Positions 12,401 to 25,255 of a DNA stretch of 46,156 nt are shown here, in pieces (positions within the stretch are counted from its first letter, which is position 1; each line of letters starts with the position of its first letter). This stretch comes from Octopus bimaculoides. Taxonomy: Eukaryota. The notes under the pieces are model-generated. The model was not told where the DNA came from, did not search any database, and worked only from the letters and a program-made list of their open reading frames with translations. The DNA lies in assembly GCF_001194135.2 (NCBI RefSeq), contig NC_068982.1, positions 191,714,759 through 191,760,914 of the forward strand, written 5' to 3'. The translations under genes were made by a program, and so were the position numbers.

Positions 12401-15400
12401 CGATGATGATGATGATGATGATTGCACTAGTGAGGTCCCCAAGTAACTCATAAAACAAGACCCCTCAACCAAGTGGGAAGATGATTTCACTCTTGATGCA
12501 GGGTTAAAGGATGAAAGAAAAGGGCCAGAATAGAACAAGTTTCTTGCTGTAGAGGGGTTAAATGACAAGTTACCTTATAGAAGGGTTTGGGTGGTGAGTG
12601 AATGAGAGTGTGGGCTTATTTCATCATCATCATCGTTTAACGTCTGCTTTCCATGCTAGCATGGGTTGGATGATNNNNNNNNNNNNNNNNNNNNNNNNNN
12701 NNNNNNNNNNNNNNNNNNNNNNNNNNNNNNNNNNNNNNNNNNNNNNNNNNNNNNNNNNNNNNNNNNNNNNNNNNNNNNNNNNNNNNNNNNNNNNNNNNNN
12801 NNNNNNNNNNNNNNNNNNNNNNNNNNNNNNNNNNNNNNNNNNNNNNNNNNNNNNNNNNNNNNNNNNNNNNNNNNNNNNNNNNNNNNNNNNNNNNNNNNNN
12901 NNNNNNNNNNNNNNNNNNNNNNNNNNNNNNNNNNNNNNNNNNNNNNNNNNNNNNNNNNNNNNNNNNNNNNNNNNNNNNNNNNNNNNNNNNNNNNNNNNNN
13001 NNNNNNNNNNNNNNNNNNNCGAAAATCCTACGAAGGCCAGTCAGGTGGTACTGGCAACGGTCACGCTCAAAATGGTGTATTTTATGTGCCACCCACACAA
13101 GAGCCAGTCCAGGGGCACTGGCAACGATCTCGCTTGAAAATTCTTACACATGTCACGGGCACAAGTGCCAGAAAGGCGACGCTGGGCACAGGTGCTATCC
13201 CGATTTCGCTTTCGCTTGCCCCAATAAGTCTTTGCAAGCTGAGTTTCGTGTCCAATGAAGGAGACGACGTTGGCATGGGTGCCAGTCGTTGAATTTAGTT
13301 TGATTTCACTTGCCTCAATGAGTCTTCACAAGCGGAGTTTAGTGTCCAAGAAATATGAACAGTCATTTGAACTTCTGATCTATGAGTTGGTAATCTAGTA
13401 CTATATAATGCAATGTCAATCAATGACCTGGTATTTAGGGCCTCCAAGGATTATCCACAGACCAGATATGTGACCTGGATGGAATTGGCTAAAAACACCA
13501 AATGGCCTGATACTAAACTGCACAGTGGATTACATCCACCACCCAGTAACAGGAATGTCTCCTCTGGCAGGCTTTCATTCAGTTTCCATCTGTTAAATTC
13601 CAATGACAAATCTTTGATTGACTCAAGGCTAAAAAACTTTTGGCCAAGGTGCAGCACACTGAAATTGAACTCAAAACTATGCTGTGGCAGGGCCAATCTC
13701 TTAACCACACATCCATGCCTGGTCACACATTTGTTCCATGTCCAAAGATAGTTTGCCAAGAGCCTGACCAACAAACTTGACCAGTCAACAACAACTCAAC
13801 ATGTTTTTGTCTTCCATAGAAAAATAAAATTAAAATAATTCCAACTCCGAAAATTCTTTAAATGTCTGCAAATACTTGTGTCTTCCACAGAACAAAATGA
13901 ACTCTACACATTTGGAACTGGTTCCAATGGAGAACTTGGTCATGGAACCAGCCAACAGATGTTATCAACACCAAAGAAAGTCTGTTTACCATTTAAGGTG
14001 AAAGCAGTTTCCTGTGGTGCAAATCATACAGCGATAACAACAGGTAAAGCATTTGTTGAGCCTCTGCTGTTGATTGGTACCTTTATCAGTTGAGTGTAGT
14101 TTTTACATCCTTTCAGGGTCAACGAAATAAAGTACCAGTCAAATACTGGGGTTTATATACTCCCCTCCCCTCAAAATTCAGGATTTGTTCCTGTATTACA
14201 AATTCACCCCCACCTCTCTCTTTTGAGTCTTTTTTTGTACAATTTAATGTTTTTTGTGCTTGGCATCTATTTTCAGGAACTCTGTATGTTTTCTTTCCTT
14301 CTCATTTGCACACCTGAGGTCAATCACCTGCAGTGGCATTGGAACTTGGAACCTATCATACAACCATTCCATCAATTCCTCCAACTCCCTCCGTTTGCTT
14401 TCCACAAATCTCTTTCTCAGTTGGTTCCTCTGTCTCTTTTGTATGCCTTTCCTACTTTTTACCCACTACATCATTTTACCTATGTATTTAGTAATTACGC
14501 CCTCTCCCCAACTCTGCTTTCCATTTTTGTATTCCCTCATATACACCTTTCACCAACTTTAAAGAATCTTGCTATGTCTTCCCTGGCACTGTTTCTTTTC
14601 TTGCCAGGTAACAATTTATCAAAGACTGATTTTACTGTCCTTGCAAACATCAGCTCCGCTGATGCGCCACCTGCTGGTGTATTCAGATTTGGTGTCACAT
14701 GGTATACTGTTAAAAATTGTTGTAGAGCTACCTCATCTGTGACTTCCTTATTCGATTTTCTTAGGGCTCTCTTGAAAGTATTGACAAAGTGTTCTGCCTG
14801 TCCGTTAGATCTGGGATGGTATGGCGCAGTGGTTACATGTTTTACTGTGAGTATTTTACAAAATTCTTTAAATTCGTTAGACACAAATTGCGTTCTATTG
14901 TCAGACACTGTCTCGTCTGGGATGTCAAATCTTGCAAACAATTTGTGTAAAAAATTTATCACAATTGAGGAGGTTGGTTTTTAACACTTAAAAACTTTTG
15001 GCCATTTTGAGAAACTACCATTAAGTAGTAAAAACTATTTTAAGGACCAGCAAAATCGTAGTCTTGACCACGGAATACTTTACTTTTGAACAACTTTTTA
15101 TTTGTCCAGCTTAAACTTCTTGCATTCCGTTTTCTCTACCAGTATATATGATGTAGTCCTCATCATTGTTTTTCTCTATGTTCAAACACTTCCATTGTGT
15201 GTTGAACAATGAGCTTTTTTTTCATTGAAAATTTTACACAATGTGTCTATTGTGTCATTAAAGTTTATGTCCAAAGGTTTTCTTAAAATAGATAATAGAT
15301 GTGCCCTTTTAAAGCCTAGCCAGGCAAATGGGCCCGGTTTCCTGGTTTCAATGGCGTATATGTTCCTCAGCTGGACGGGACACCAGTCCATCGCAGCATT

Positions 15401-18400
15401 ACTCATTTTTGCCAGCTGAGTGGACTGGAGCAACGTGAAATGAAGTGTCTTGCTCAAGAACACAACGCGTCGCCCGGTCCAGGAATTGAAACCACAATCT
15501 TACGATCATGATGTTGACACCCTAACCACTAAGCCACATGCCTCCACAAAGGTTTTCTTGGGAGTACATAATTACTGTATCGTTCATGTTCTGTTGTTGC
15601 TGGTTTTCTCAAGATTAACTCTGCATTTTCATCTCATCTCGTTTCCCAATCTTTACATTCTTTCTCAAAGATTTGCTCCTATCTTCTGTAGTAATGCTTC
15701 AAACGGAACTCCTTTGTCAGGTTCATATTTCAACTCTGTTCGTGACAAAGTCCCTCAAGATCACTTTTTCTCACTTTCCTGATGACTTCAGTAATTGCAG
15801 TATTTGTTGTTGTTGCTTTAGCTGTTGTTCTTGCAGTTGTAACTGCTGCTGTTGCTGTTCTTTCAGTTGCTGTTGTTATAACTCGACCAAACTGGCCAAC
15901 AAATTTCCCATAATTTTATGAATTGTTTTTTCAAGAAATTCGCACAACAAAACTTTGAGTTAATTAACTCCTCTTCAAGTTTGTATTATCTCCACATGGA
16001 TTGGTTTTATCCTCGTCGTCACTGTTATAATCCTTATTATGTTGGATTATTATAACACCTACTTCAGTACACAGTATACTTAGTAAAACCAGTAAAGACA
16101 TGACTATCTCTGACCACCTCCTATGTACTCTGGTACTTCACGTATTTCTCTTATAGTGGCTAGATTATTCCATTCGTCATGTGGGAGGGGTGTACCATTA
16201 TTACTAATTCCCTACAACACAGTATCTGGTTAGTGTTCAGACAGCTTTTCTGCTGCTTTGAATCCGCACACTTGGCTAGCATTCTAATGTACTCTTTTAT
16301 GTACCCAATCATGCTTGTTGGCCATCATATGGCATTCACACAAGAGATGGTTAATATTTTCATCACTTTTTCCCCACAGATTCTGCGTTTGCTGTCTGAC
16401 TGAGTTTTATTAATCTTTGTCTTTCAATATCCCAGACTAAAATGTCTCATGATATTAAGTGGCATCTTTTTAGAATCTAAGATCAAATCCTACCAGGTTT
16501 GTAATTCCTCTGAGAGGAATCTATAAAGTATGTACCAGTAACATATTGAGGGTCTTTTAATCACCTGGGGAGGCAGGGAGCTTGTACCAAATGCCATAAA
16601 CCTTTCGCATTGCACTTAATAGCATTGTTGTTATTTCTTCTTTTAGAAGATGGTTATCTTTACACATTTGGAGATAGTCGCCATGGCAAGTTGGCCCAGG
16701 GAGAAGACTCTTATTCCAACCTGTTTGAACCATGTCTTGTTGATCAATTTGAATCTTATGTTATTGATAAAGTAAGTTGTGTCTTTTTATTTTTTCATTT
16801 TATTTTTTTACAGATTTTCAACGCCAACTTCACTTTTTTAGCACCAAACCTTCAGAGACCACACCAAGTGGCGTGACAATCCATTCTAAAATTCATAATT
16901 AATGTAAAGACTTGCCATTATTATAAAAACAATTGATAACTTCCACTTCACATGCTCAAGGAGAATATTTGACCTCAAGTGGCTGCAAAGAGGTCAAAGT
17001 CATACAATGGAAACGACAACTAACGTTAACAGGATCGTCATCATCGTCATCGTCATTTAATGTCCACTTCCCAGGCTCCAAGCTGATCTGGCAAAATTTC
17101 TGCAGCTGGGTGCCCTTCCTAATGCCAACCACTCCGAGAGTGTAGTGGGTGCTTTTACGTGCCACCGGCACAAGGGCCAGTCAGGTGGTTCTGGCAACGG
17201 CCATGCTCAAAACGTGGGTTTTACATGCTACCTACATGGGAGCGAGTCTAGTGGCACTGGCAACGGCCACGCTGGAATGTTGTTTTTCACGTGTCAGTAT
17301 GGTGACGCTGATAATGATCACACTCAAATGGTGCCTTTTATGTGCCACCAGCACGGGAGCCAGTCAGTGGCCCTAGCAACGATCACGCTCAGATGGAGCA
17401 TTTAACATTCCACTGGCACAAGTGCCAATCAGGCGGAACTGTCATCAGCCACAATCCTTGAATAAGATTGAGAAAGCGATTGTATGGTGGCACTAAAGGG
17501 GAAAAGTGAGGGGTAAAAAGTGCAGCAGTGGGTCCTAAGACCCACTTAGCAAAGGGCCGTTGACAAGGAGATGAGAAAGGGAGAGAAGCTGGAATGAGAA
17601 AACGGAGCTGGTTGAGAGATTGTGTTGTCTCCTGTGTCTCACAGCACGGAGAGGACTAAATTACAATTTTGCTGGAATTTTTACTAAATCCCTCTAAATC
17701 TTTGAACCATAACAACAGCAGAGTGTTTCCTTAGGAGAGGTCATAGAAGTATTAACAAAGCTTTGTTAAAGTGAGAAAAAGTGATCTCGACAGACTTTGT
17801 CACAAACAGAGTTGAAATATGAACCTGACAAAGGAGTTCCGTTTGAAGCATTACTACAGAAGATAGGAGCAAATCTTTGAGAAAGAATGTAAAGATTGGG
17901 AAACGAGATGAGATGAAAATGCAGAGTTAATCTTGAGAAAACCAGCAACAACAGAACATGAACGATACAGTAATTATGTACTCCCAAGAAAACCTTTGTG
18001 GAGGCATGTGGCTTAGTGGTTAAGGTGTCAACATCATGATCGTAAGATTGTGGTTTCAATTCCTGGACCGGGCGACGCGTTGTGTTCTTGAGCAAGACAC
18101 TTCATTTCACGTTGCTCCAGTCCACTCAGCTGGCAAAAATGAGTAATGCTGCGATGGACTGGTGTCCCGTCCAGCTGAGGAACATANNNNNNNNNNNNNN
18201 NNNNNNNNNNNNNNNNNNNNNNNNNNNNNNNNNNNNNNNNNNNNNNNNNNNNNNNNNNNNNNNNNNNNNNNNNNNNNNNNNNNNNNNNNNNNNNNNNNNN
18301 NNNNNNNNNNNNNNNNNNNNNNNNNNNNNNNNNNNNNNNNNNNNNNNNNNNNNNNNNNNNNNNNNNNNNNNNNNNNNNNNNNNNNNNNNNNNNNNNNNNN

Positions 18401-21400
18401 NNNNNNNNNNNNNNNNNNNNNNNNNNNNNNNNNNNNNNNNNNNNNNNNNNNNNNNNNNNNNNNNNNNNNNNNNNNNNNNNNNNNNNNNNNNNNNNNNNNN
18501 NNNNNNNNNNNNNNNNNNNNNNNNNNNNNNNNNNNNNNNNNNNNNNNNNNNNNNNNNNNNNNNNNNNNNNNNNNNNNNNNNNNNNNNNNNNNNNNNNNNN
18601 NNNNNNNNNNNNNNNNNNNNNNNNNNNNNNNNNNNNNNNNNNNNNNNNNNNNNNNNNNNNNNNNNNNNNNNNNNNNNNNNNNNNNNNNNNNNNNNNNNNN
18701 NNNNNNNNNNGTTCACATGCCACCAGCACGAGTGCCAGTAAGGCGAAGCTGGAAACGATCGCGCTCAAATGGTGCTTTTTACGTGTCACCAGCACATGAG
18801 TGAGACCGCTGCTCGGATGGTGCTGTTAGCACTCCACTGGCACGGGTGCCAGTCATTGAATTTGGTTCAGTTTCGATCTCACTTGTCCCAACAGGTTTTT
18901 GCAAGCTGAGTTTAGTGTCCAATGAAGGAAGGTTGGCATGGGTGCCAGTCATCAAATTTGGTTCAATTTTCGATTTCGATTTCGATTTCACTTGCTTCAA
19001 CAGGTCTTCACAAGCAGAGTTTTAGTGTCCAATGAAGGAAAGGTACGCATAAGTGGGCTGGCTACACCCCTTGTAATGGCCACGGGTTATGGTCTCACTT
19101 GGCTTGCCGGGTCTTCTCTCGCACAGCATATTTCTAAAGGTCTCGGTCACTAGTCATTGCCTCGGCGAGGCCTAATGTTCGAAGGTTGTGTTTCACCACC
19201 TCATCCCAGGTTTTCTTGGGTTTACCTCTTCCACAGGTTCCCACAACCGCTAGGCTGTGGCGCTTTTCCACACAGCTATCCTCATCTATTCTCGCCACAT
19301 GACCATACCAGCGCAATCNNNNNNNNNNAAAATTTTCAATGAAAAAAAAGCTCATTGTTCAACACACAATGGAAGTGTCTGAACATAGAGAAAAACAATG
19401 ATGAAGACTACATCATATCATCATCATCATTTAATGTCTGCTTTCCATGCTAGCATGGGTTAGACGATCTGACTGGGGACTGGCGAACCAGATGGTTACA
19501 CCAGGCTCCAATCTAATTTGGCAGAGTTTCTACAGCTGGATGCCCTTCCTAATGCCAACCACTCCGAGAGTATAGTAGGTGCTTTTTACGTGCCACTGGC
19601 ACGAGGGCCAGTTCGGCGGTACTGGCAACGGCCACGCTCAAATGGAGTTTTTTTACATGCCACCTGCACAGGAGTCAGTCCAATGTTTTGTTCACATGCC
19701 ACCAGCACGAGTGCCAGTAAGGCGAAGCTGGAANNNNNNNNNNNNNNNNNNNNNNNNNNNNNNNNNNNNNNNNNNNNNNNNNNNNNNNNNNNNNNNNNNN
19801 NNNNNNNNNNNNNNNNNNNNNNNNNNNNNNNNNNNNNNNNNNNNNNNNNNNNNNNNNNNNNNNNNNNNNNNNNNNNNNNNNNNNNNNNNNNNNNNNNNNN
19901 NNNNNNNNNNNNNNNNNNNNNNNNNNNNNNNNNNNNNNNNNNNNNNNNNNNNNNNNNNNNNNNNNNNNNNNNNNNNNNNNNNNNNNNNNNNNNNNNNNNN
20001 NNNNNNNNNNNNNNNNNNNNNNNNNNNNNNNNNNNNNNNNNNNNNNNNNNNNNNNNNNNNNNNNNNNNNNNNNNNNNNNNNNNNNNNNNNNNNNNNNNNN
20101 NNNNNNNNNNNNNNNNNNNNNNNNNNNNNNNNNNNNNNNNNNNNNNNNNNNNNNNNNNNNNNNNNNNNNNNNNNNNNNNNNNNNNNNNNNNNNNNNNNNN
20201 NNNNNNNNNNNNNNNNNNNNNNNNNNNNNNNNNNNNNNNNNNNNNNNNNNNNNNNNNNNNNNNNNNNNNNNNNNNNNNNNNNNNNNNNNNNNNNNNNNNN
20301 NNNNNNNNNNNNNNNNNNNNNNNNNNNNNNNNNNNNNNNNNNNNNNNNNNNNNNNNNNNNNNNNNNNNNNNNNNNNNNNNNNNNNNNNNNNNNNNNNNNN
20401 NNNNNNNNNNNNNNNNNNNNNNNNNNNNNNNNNNNNNNNNNNNNNNNNNNNNNNNNNNNNNNNNNNNNNNNNNNNNNNNNNNNNNNNNNNNNNNNNNNNN
20501 NNNNNNNNNNNNNNNNNNNNNNNNNNNNNNNNNNNNNNNNNNNNNNNNNNNNNNNNNNNNNNNNNNNNNNNNNNNNNNNNNNNNNNNNNNNNNNNNNNNN
20601 NNNNNNNNNNNNNNNNNNNNNNNNNNNNNNNNNNNNNNNNNNNNNNNNNNNNNNNNNNNNNNNNNNNNNNNNNNNNNNNNNNNNNNNNNNGACAGAAGTT
20701 GTTTTCTGCACATTTACAGTGTTTATTGCACCTGAACATCTGCCACATACAAAAACTACCTTCCTAGTTAGCCTTCCTTTGATATTGCTGCACCACTTAT
20801 GTGTCCATAGCTTACACTGGGTACATCTTATAGAGTTTCTACCTACGCCTTTTCTACATATTGAGCAGGGCCATCTACCTGAAGGGGTTTGTGGCTTGTC
20901 TACCTACCTACTTATTAGGACTTTGGTTTTAGCTAGGTTGACTCTAAGGCCCTTCGATTCTAATCCTTGTTTCCACACCTGAAACTTCTCCTCTAGTTCT
21001 GATAGTGACTCAGCAATTAGAGCAAGGTCATTAGCATAGAGGAGCTCCCAAGGGCATCCTGCCTTGAATTCCTGTGTTATTGCCTGGAGGACTATGCTAA
21101 ATAGGAGGGGGCTGAGAACTGGACCTTGGTGGACCCCTACCTCTACCCGAAATTCTTCACTGTACTCGTTGCCAACCCTCACCTTCCTGACAGCGTCCAT
21201 GTACATGGCTCACACAGCTCTCACTAACCATTCACATATCCCTAGTTTCCTCGTTGACCACCAGATAAGGGATCGGGGGACCCTGTCAAAGGCTTTCTCC
21301 ATGTCAACGAAAGCCAGGTACAGAGGTTTATCTTTGGTGAGGTATTTCTCCTGCAGCTGTCTTCCAGAAATATAGCATCAGTGGTGCTTTTCCCTGGCAC

Positions 21401-24400
21401 AAACCCAAACTGCATCTCATCTAAACTGACTCACTCCCTAATTAGTTGGGCTATGACCCTCTCCGTGACCTTCATTACCTGGTCCAAGAACTTGATAGAG
21501 AAAACAGGGAATGCAAGAAATTTAAGCTGGACAGATTAATGCCACAGATGTTAAAATGCCTGATTTTGATACAAGAGGTTACTGCTTGAAAGAAGTTATT
21601 TCTTTGTTTGTTAAGTTAGTGTTTGGAACATAACAGAAAAGTTATTGTGTAAAATTCTGATGGCAGAATTTAATTGAATTTAAACATTATAAAACATCCA
21701 GATGTGTATATTGTTGTTGTCGATAATGATGAAGCAGATGGTCACAAAGGATTTGGTAGGAAAACGGATCAACCCTTTAGCATTCAGATTTCTCTGCCAA
21801 ATCTAATGCTTATTTATTCCCACTGTTTTGAAGTTGTCATCCATTATCTCATAGCTTTGAGGTTTCAATGGTGTGATTGTTTTTGCCAAGACATTGAGAA
21901 GCCTGATCTGGTTAGTTTGAACATAAAAGAGGCAGCATATTTTGGCTGGACATAGTCAGTTTGAATGCTAATGGGCTAAAAGACATCTGTCGACACTTCC
22001 GAATATGACATTTTGTGGTTTTGTATTTTCTTTTTTAAATACTTTTCTCAGATTCAAATTGGTGAAAGAAATATTTTCTTAAAGATTTAGCACTTAAAAA
22101 GTACTAAAAAGAAAATTATTCAACATAGAAAATCTTTACCCAGATGTTTGACATTTTATCATAACTGAATGGAAACTAAAAGAATCCCTGCAACCAGTTC
22201 CTTCTCTGTAATGTTTTCATTCTTTTTCTTTTACTGTTTCTCTCTCCTCCATGGGGCAGCTAGTAGAAAATCTTGAGAAAATTGTTTTATTTTGTAATTT
22301 TCAAATTTCAAAGCAGAAAATAATCCTGCCTTGACTAACAACTTGAATTAAATTTATTGTTTCTGCCATTGTGCCGCAGGTTGTTTGTGGTGGCTGTCAC
22401 ACAATGGTCGTGGCACATCAGAAACCTTCACATCCAGAAAATACAAACAGTTCAGCTAAAACCTTTAAAGTCCTACCACCAGCTATATTGAGTAGTTCAA
22501 CTGATTTCTCTGCAACTCTATCGGCAAGAGACCGGCGTCGACAAACTGCAGTAAGAACAACATTTTCTTTTTCTTTTTTCCTCAGCCATTTTACCCGTCT
22601 TTGGAAGACATTTTGCTTTGTTGATAACATGCATTGAACGGATTTTATGGAATTTAGATTTTTGGAAATTTATTGGAACATTTTTTACAACTAAATGTTT
22701 CCAGTGGTTAACAATTTACCCTTAATGGAAGAGTTCAAAGCCATTAGCAGCTCAATAGACTGAGGCAAACGTCATCATCATCTTTATTTTCCATCCATGT
22801 TCCATACTGGCCTGGGTTGGACATTTTGGTAGGACCTTAGTGGGTCTACTTGAGGGTCTGCTTTGGCTGGGTTTCTATGGCTGGATGTCCTTCCTAACAC
22901 CAACCACTTTACAGTGAATTGGGGACTTTATTCATGGCACCGGCACTAGTTGGACCATCAAGCAACCCACAAGGTTTACAGAATGAAGGGGCAAGACTGG
23001 CGAAGTGATGCATATGGACGAGGACAGCTGCGTGAAGAAGTGCCGATCTCTAACTGGAGGGAACCTGTGGCAGAGGTAGCCCCAGGAAGACATGGGACGA
23101 GATGGTGAAGTATGATCTTTGAACTTTGAGCCTCCCAGAGACAATGACTAGTGACTGAGACCTTTGGCTGTGCTTGAGAGGCCCTGTCAAGTCAAGTGAA
23201 ATCATAGTCATGGTAACTAGCACCCATACTGGTGGTACATAAAGAACTCCTTTCAAGCGTTGGGCCTCACAGAGGCAAAGTGGCCGAGTTCCTTTTGAGT
23301 GTTGGGCATCACGAAGGCAAAGTGGCCGAGTTCCTTTTGAGTGTTGGGCATCATGAAGGCAAAGTGGCCGAGTTCCGTTTGAGTGTTGAGCCTCATGAAG
23401 GCAAAGTGGCCGAGTTCCTTTTGAGTGTTGGGCATCACGAAGGCAAAGTGGCCGAGTTCCTTTTGAGTGTTGGGCATCATGAAGGCANNNNNNNNNNNNN
23501 NNNNNNNNNNNNNNNNNNNNNNNNNNNNNNNNNNNNNNNNNNNNNNNNNNNNNNNNNNNNNNNNNNNNNNNNNNNNNNNNNNNNNNNNNNNNNNNNNNNN
23601 NNNNNNNNNNNNNNNNNNNNNNNNNNNNNCCTTTTGAGTGTTGGGCATCATGAAGGCAAAGTGGCCGAGTTCCTTTTGAGTGTTGGGCATCATGAAGGCA
23701 AAGTGGCCGAGTTCCTTTTGAGTGTTGGGCATCATGAAGGCAAAGTGGCCGAGTTCCTTTTGAGTGTTGGGCCTCATGAAGGCAAAGTGGCCGAGTTCTT
23801 TCCGCCTCATGACCGAGACCTTTGGCATTATGTCATGCCTGAGAAGACCCGTCAAGCCGAGCAAAATCGCATGTGTGGCAGATACTGGTATCACACAAAT
23901 GGCACCTGTGCCAGTGGCATGTCAAAGCACTCCGCTATCACACAAATGGCACTCGTGCCAGTGGCACGTAAATGCACCCATTACGGAATGATTGGCGTTA
24001 AGAAGGGCATCCAGCCATAGAAAACCAAATCAGACTGGAGCCTTGTGCAGCCTTCCAGCATGTCAGCCCGGTTGAACCATCCAACCCATACCAGCATGGA
24101 CAACGGACGTTAGATGATGATGATGATAGGGTAAGTGTTGTGTAGTAAATAAATTGTAATGTCTCTCTCTCTCTCTCTCTCTCCCCCCTCTCTTTTTCTG
24201 GCCATATTTCTGTCGCAGTGTGTGTGTGTGTGTGCATGGGTGTTCATGTTAGCCTCCAGTGCCAAAAAAATTACTCTCACCAAACCAGTCTGACTCTCTC
24301 TAATCAGTCGTGCCAAATCCTCAGCATCTGAAAGCTGCACCCAGTCATTGCAATTAAGTTGCACAGGAGTAGATGTGACTAATTAATTGAGTAAACAAAC

Positions 24401-25209
24401 GAGTCAATGAGCTTAGTTACTTAGGGACGCCATCTGCTTACTCAAAGAATACACTGAGTCTGTACTAATTGTACACTCTTCTTACAGGAGAGTACTAACT
24501 CCTCCCTGAACAGGACACTTCCTTCATTATCTGGAAAAGTTCAGCCTGGAAGTCTTTTTGCATCATCTGCTCTTGAAAATGTCCTTTGTCCACCTTCAGA
24601 AGAAAATCACATTCCACAGCTGGACAGAACCCTACCAAATGGTATGTATGTATATGTGTGTGTGTTTGTGTGTGTATGTATGCATGTATATATGTATATG
24701 TGTGTATGTATGTATGCATGTATATTTGTATGTGTATGTATGTTTGTGTGTACGTATGCATGTGTGTGTATGTGTATGTGTATGTATATGTATGTATGTA
24801 TTTATATGTATGTATGTATATGTATGTGTGTATATATGTGTGAATGTGTGTATGTATATATATGTGTGTGTATGATTACGTGTATGTGTATATGTGTGTA
24901 TATATGCATGTCTGTGTATGTATGTGCATGTGTGTGTGGATGTGTGTGTGTGTGTGTTAATTAATTACAACCAAATTGCCTTCAGACCAAATTATGGCAT
25001 TGAAAGAAATATATTTGGAGCCGTACATAATTAGAATTATTAAGAATCACAAAATGTGGAGCAATTTTTATTGTTTTGCAGGGAAGTGTTTGATGGGAAA
25101 TCTTGAAGAATCTGAGGAAAAGGTTGAAAATTATTCAGAAAAAGTGGAAGATGACATTACCGAGGTGAGAAGAATAATATAAAAATATAACTTTATTGAT
25201 ATTGTTCAG

Positions 25210-25255
<46 letters not shown>

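Noticed and set aside
14223-14984. 253-aa hydrophobic + strand ORF resembling a membrane protein
   Set aside because: It is the antisense shadow of the Gypsy integrase fragment, in T-rich sequence.
15420-15550. tRNA gene (A/B boxes; also at 17996-18070 and in the 42855-43512 heads)
   Set aside because: No cloverleaf or acceptor stem; the boxes continue into SINE body sequence.
19518-20982. Long ORFs of 200-470 aa in the track (also near 10770-11344, 12598-13292 and 18034-18803)
   Set aside because: They are mostly X translated through N gaps.
23247-23798. CRISPR-like appearance of the 42-bp array (also the 35530-35719 array)
   Set aside because: No unique spacers in the 42-bp array, no cas genes, and a eukaryotic intron context; the unit derives from LINE sequence.
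24495-24964. Cys/Val/Tyr/Met-rich and His/Thr-rich ORFs (also 6781-7318 and 34420-35030)
   Set aside because: These are translations of TG/TA/CA microsatellites.
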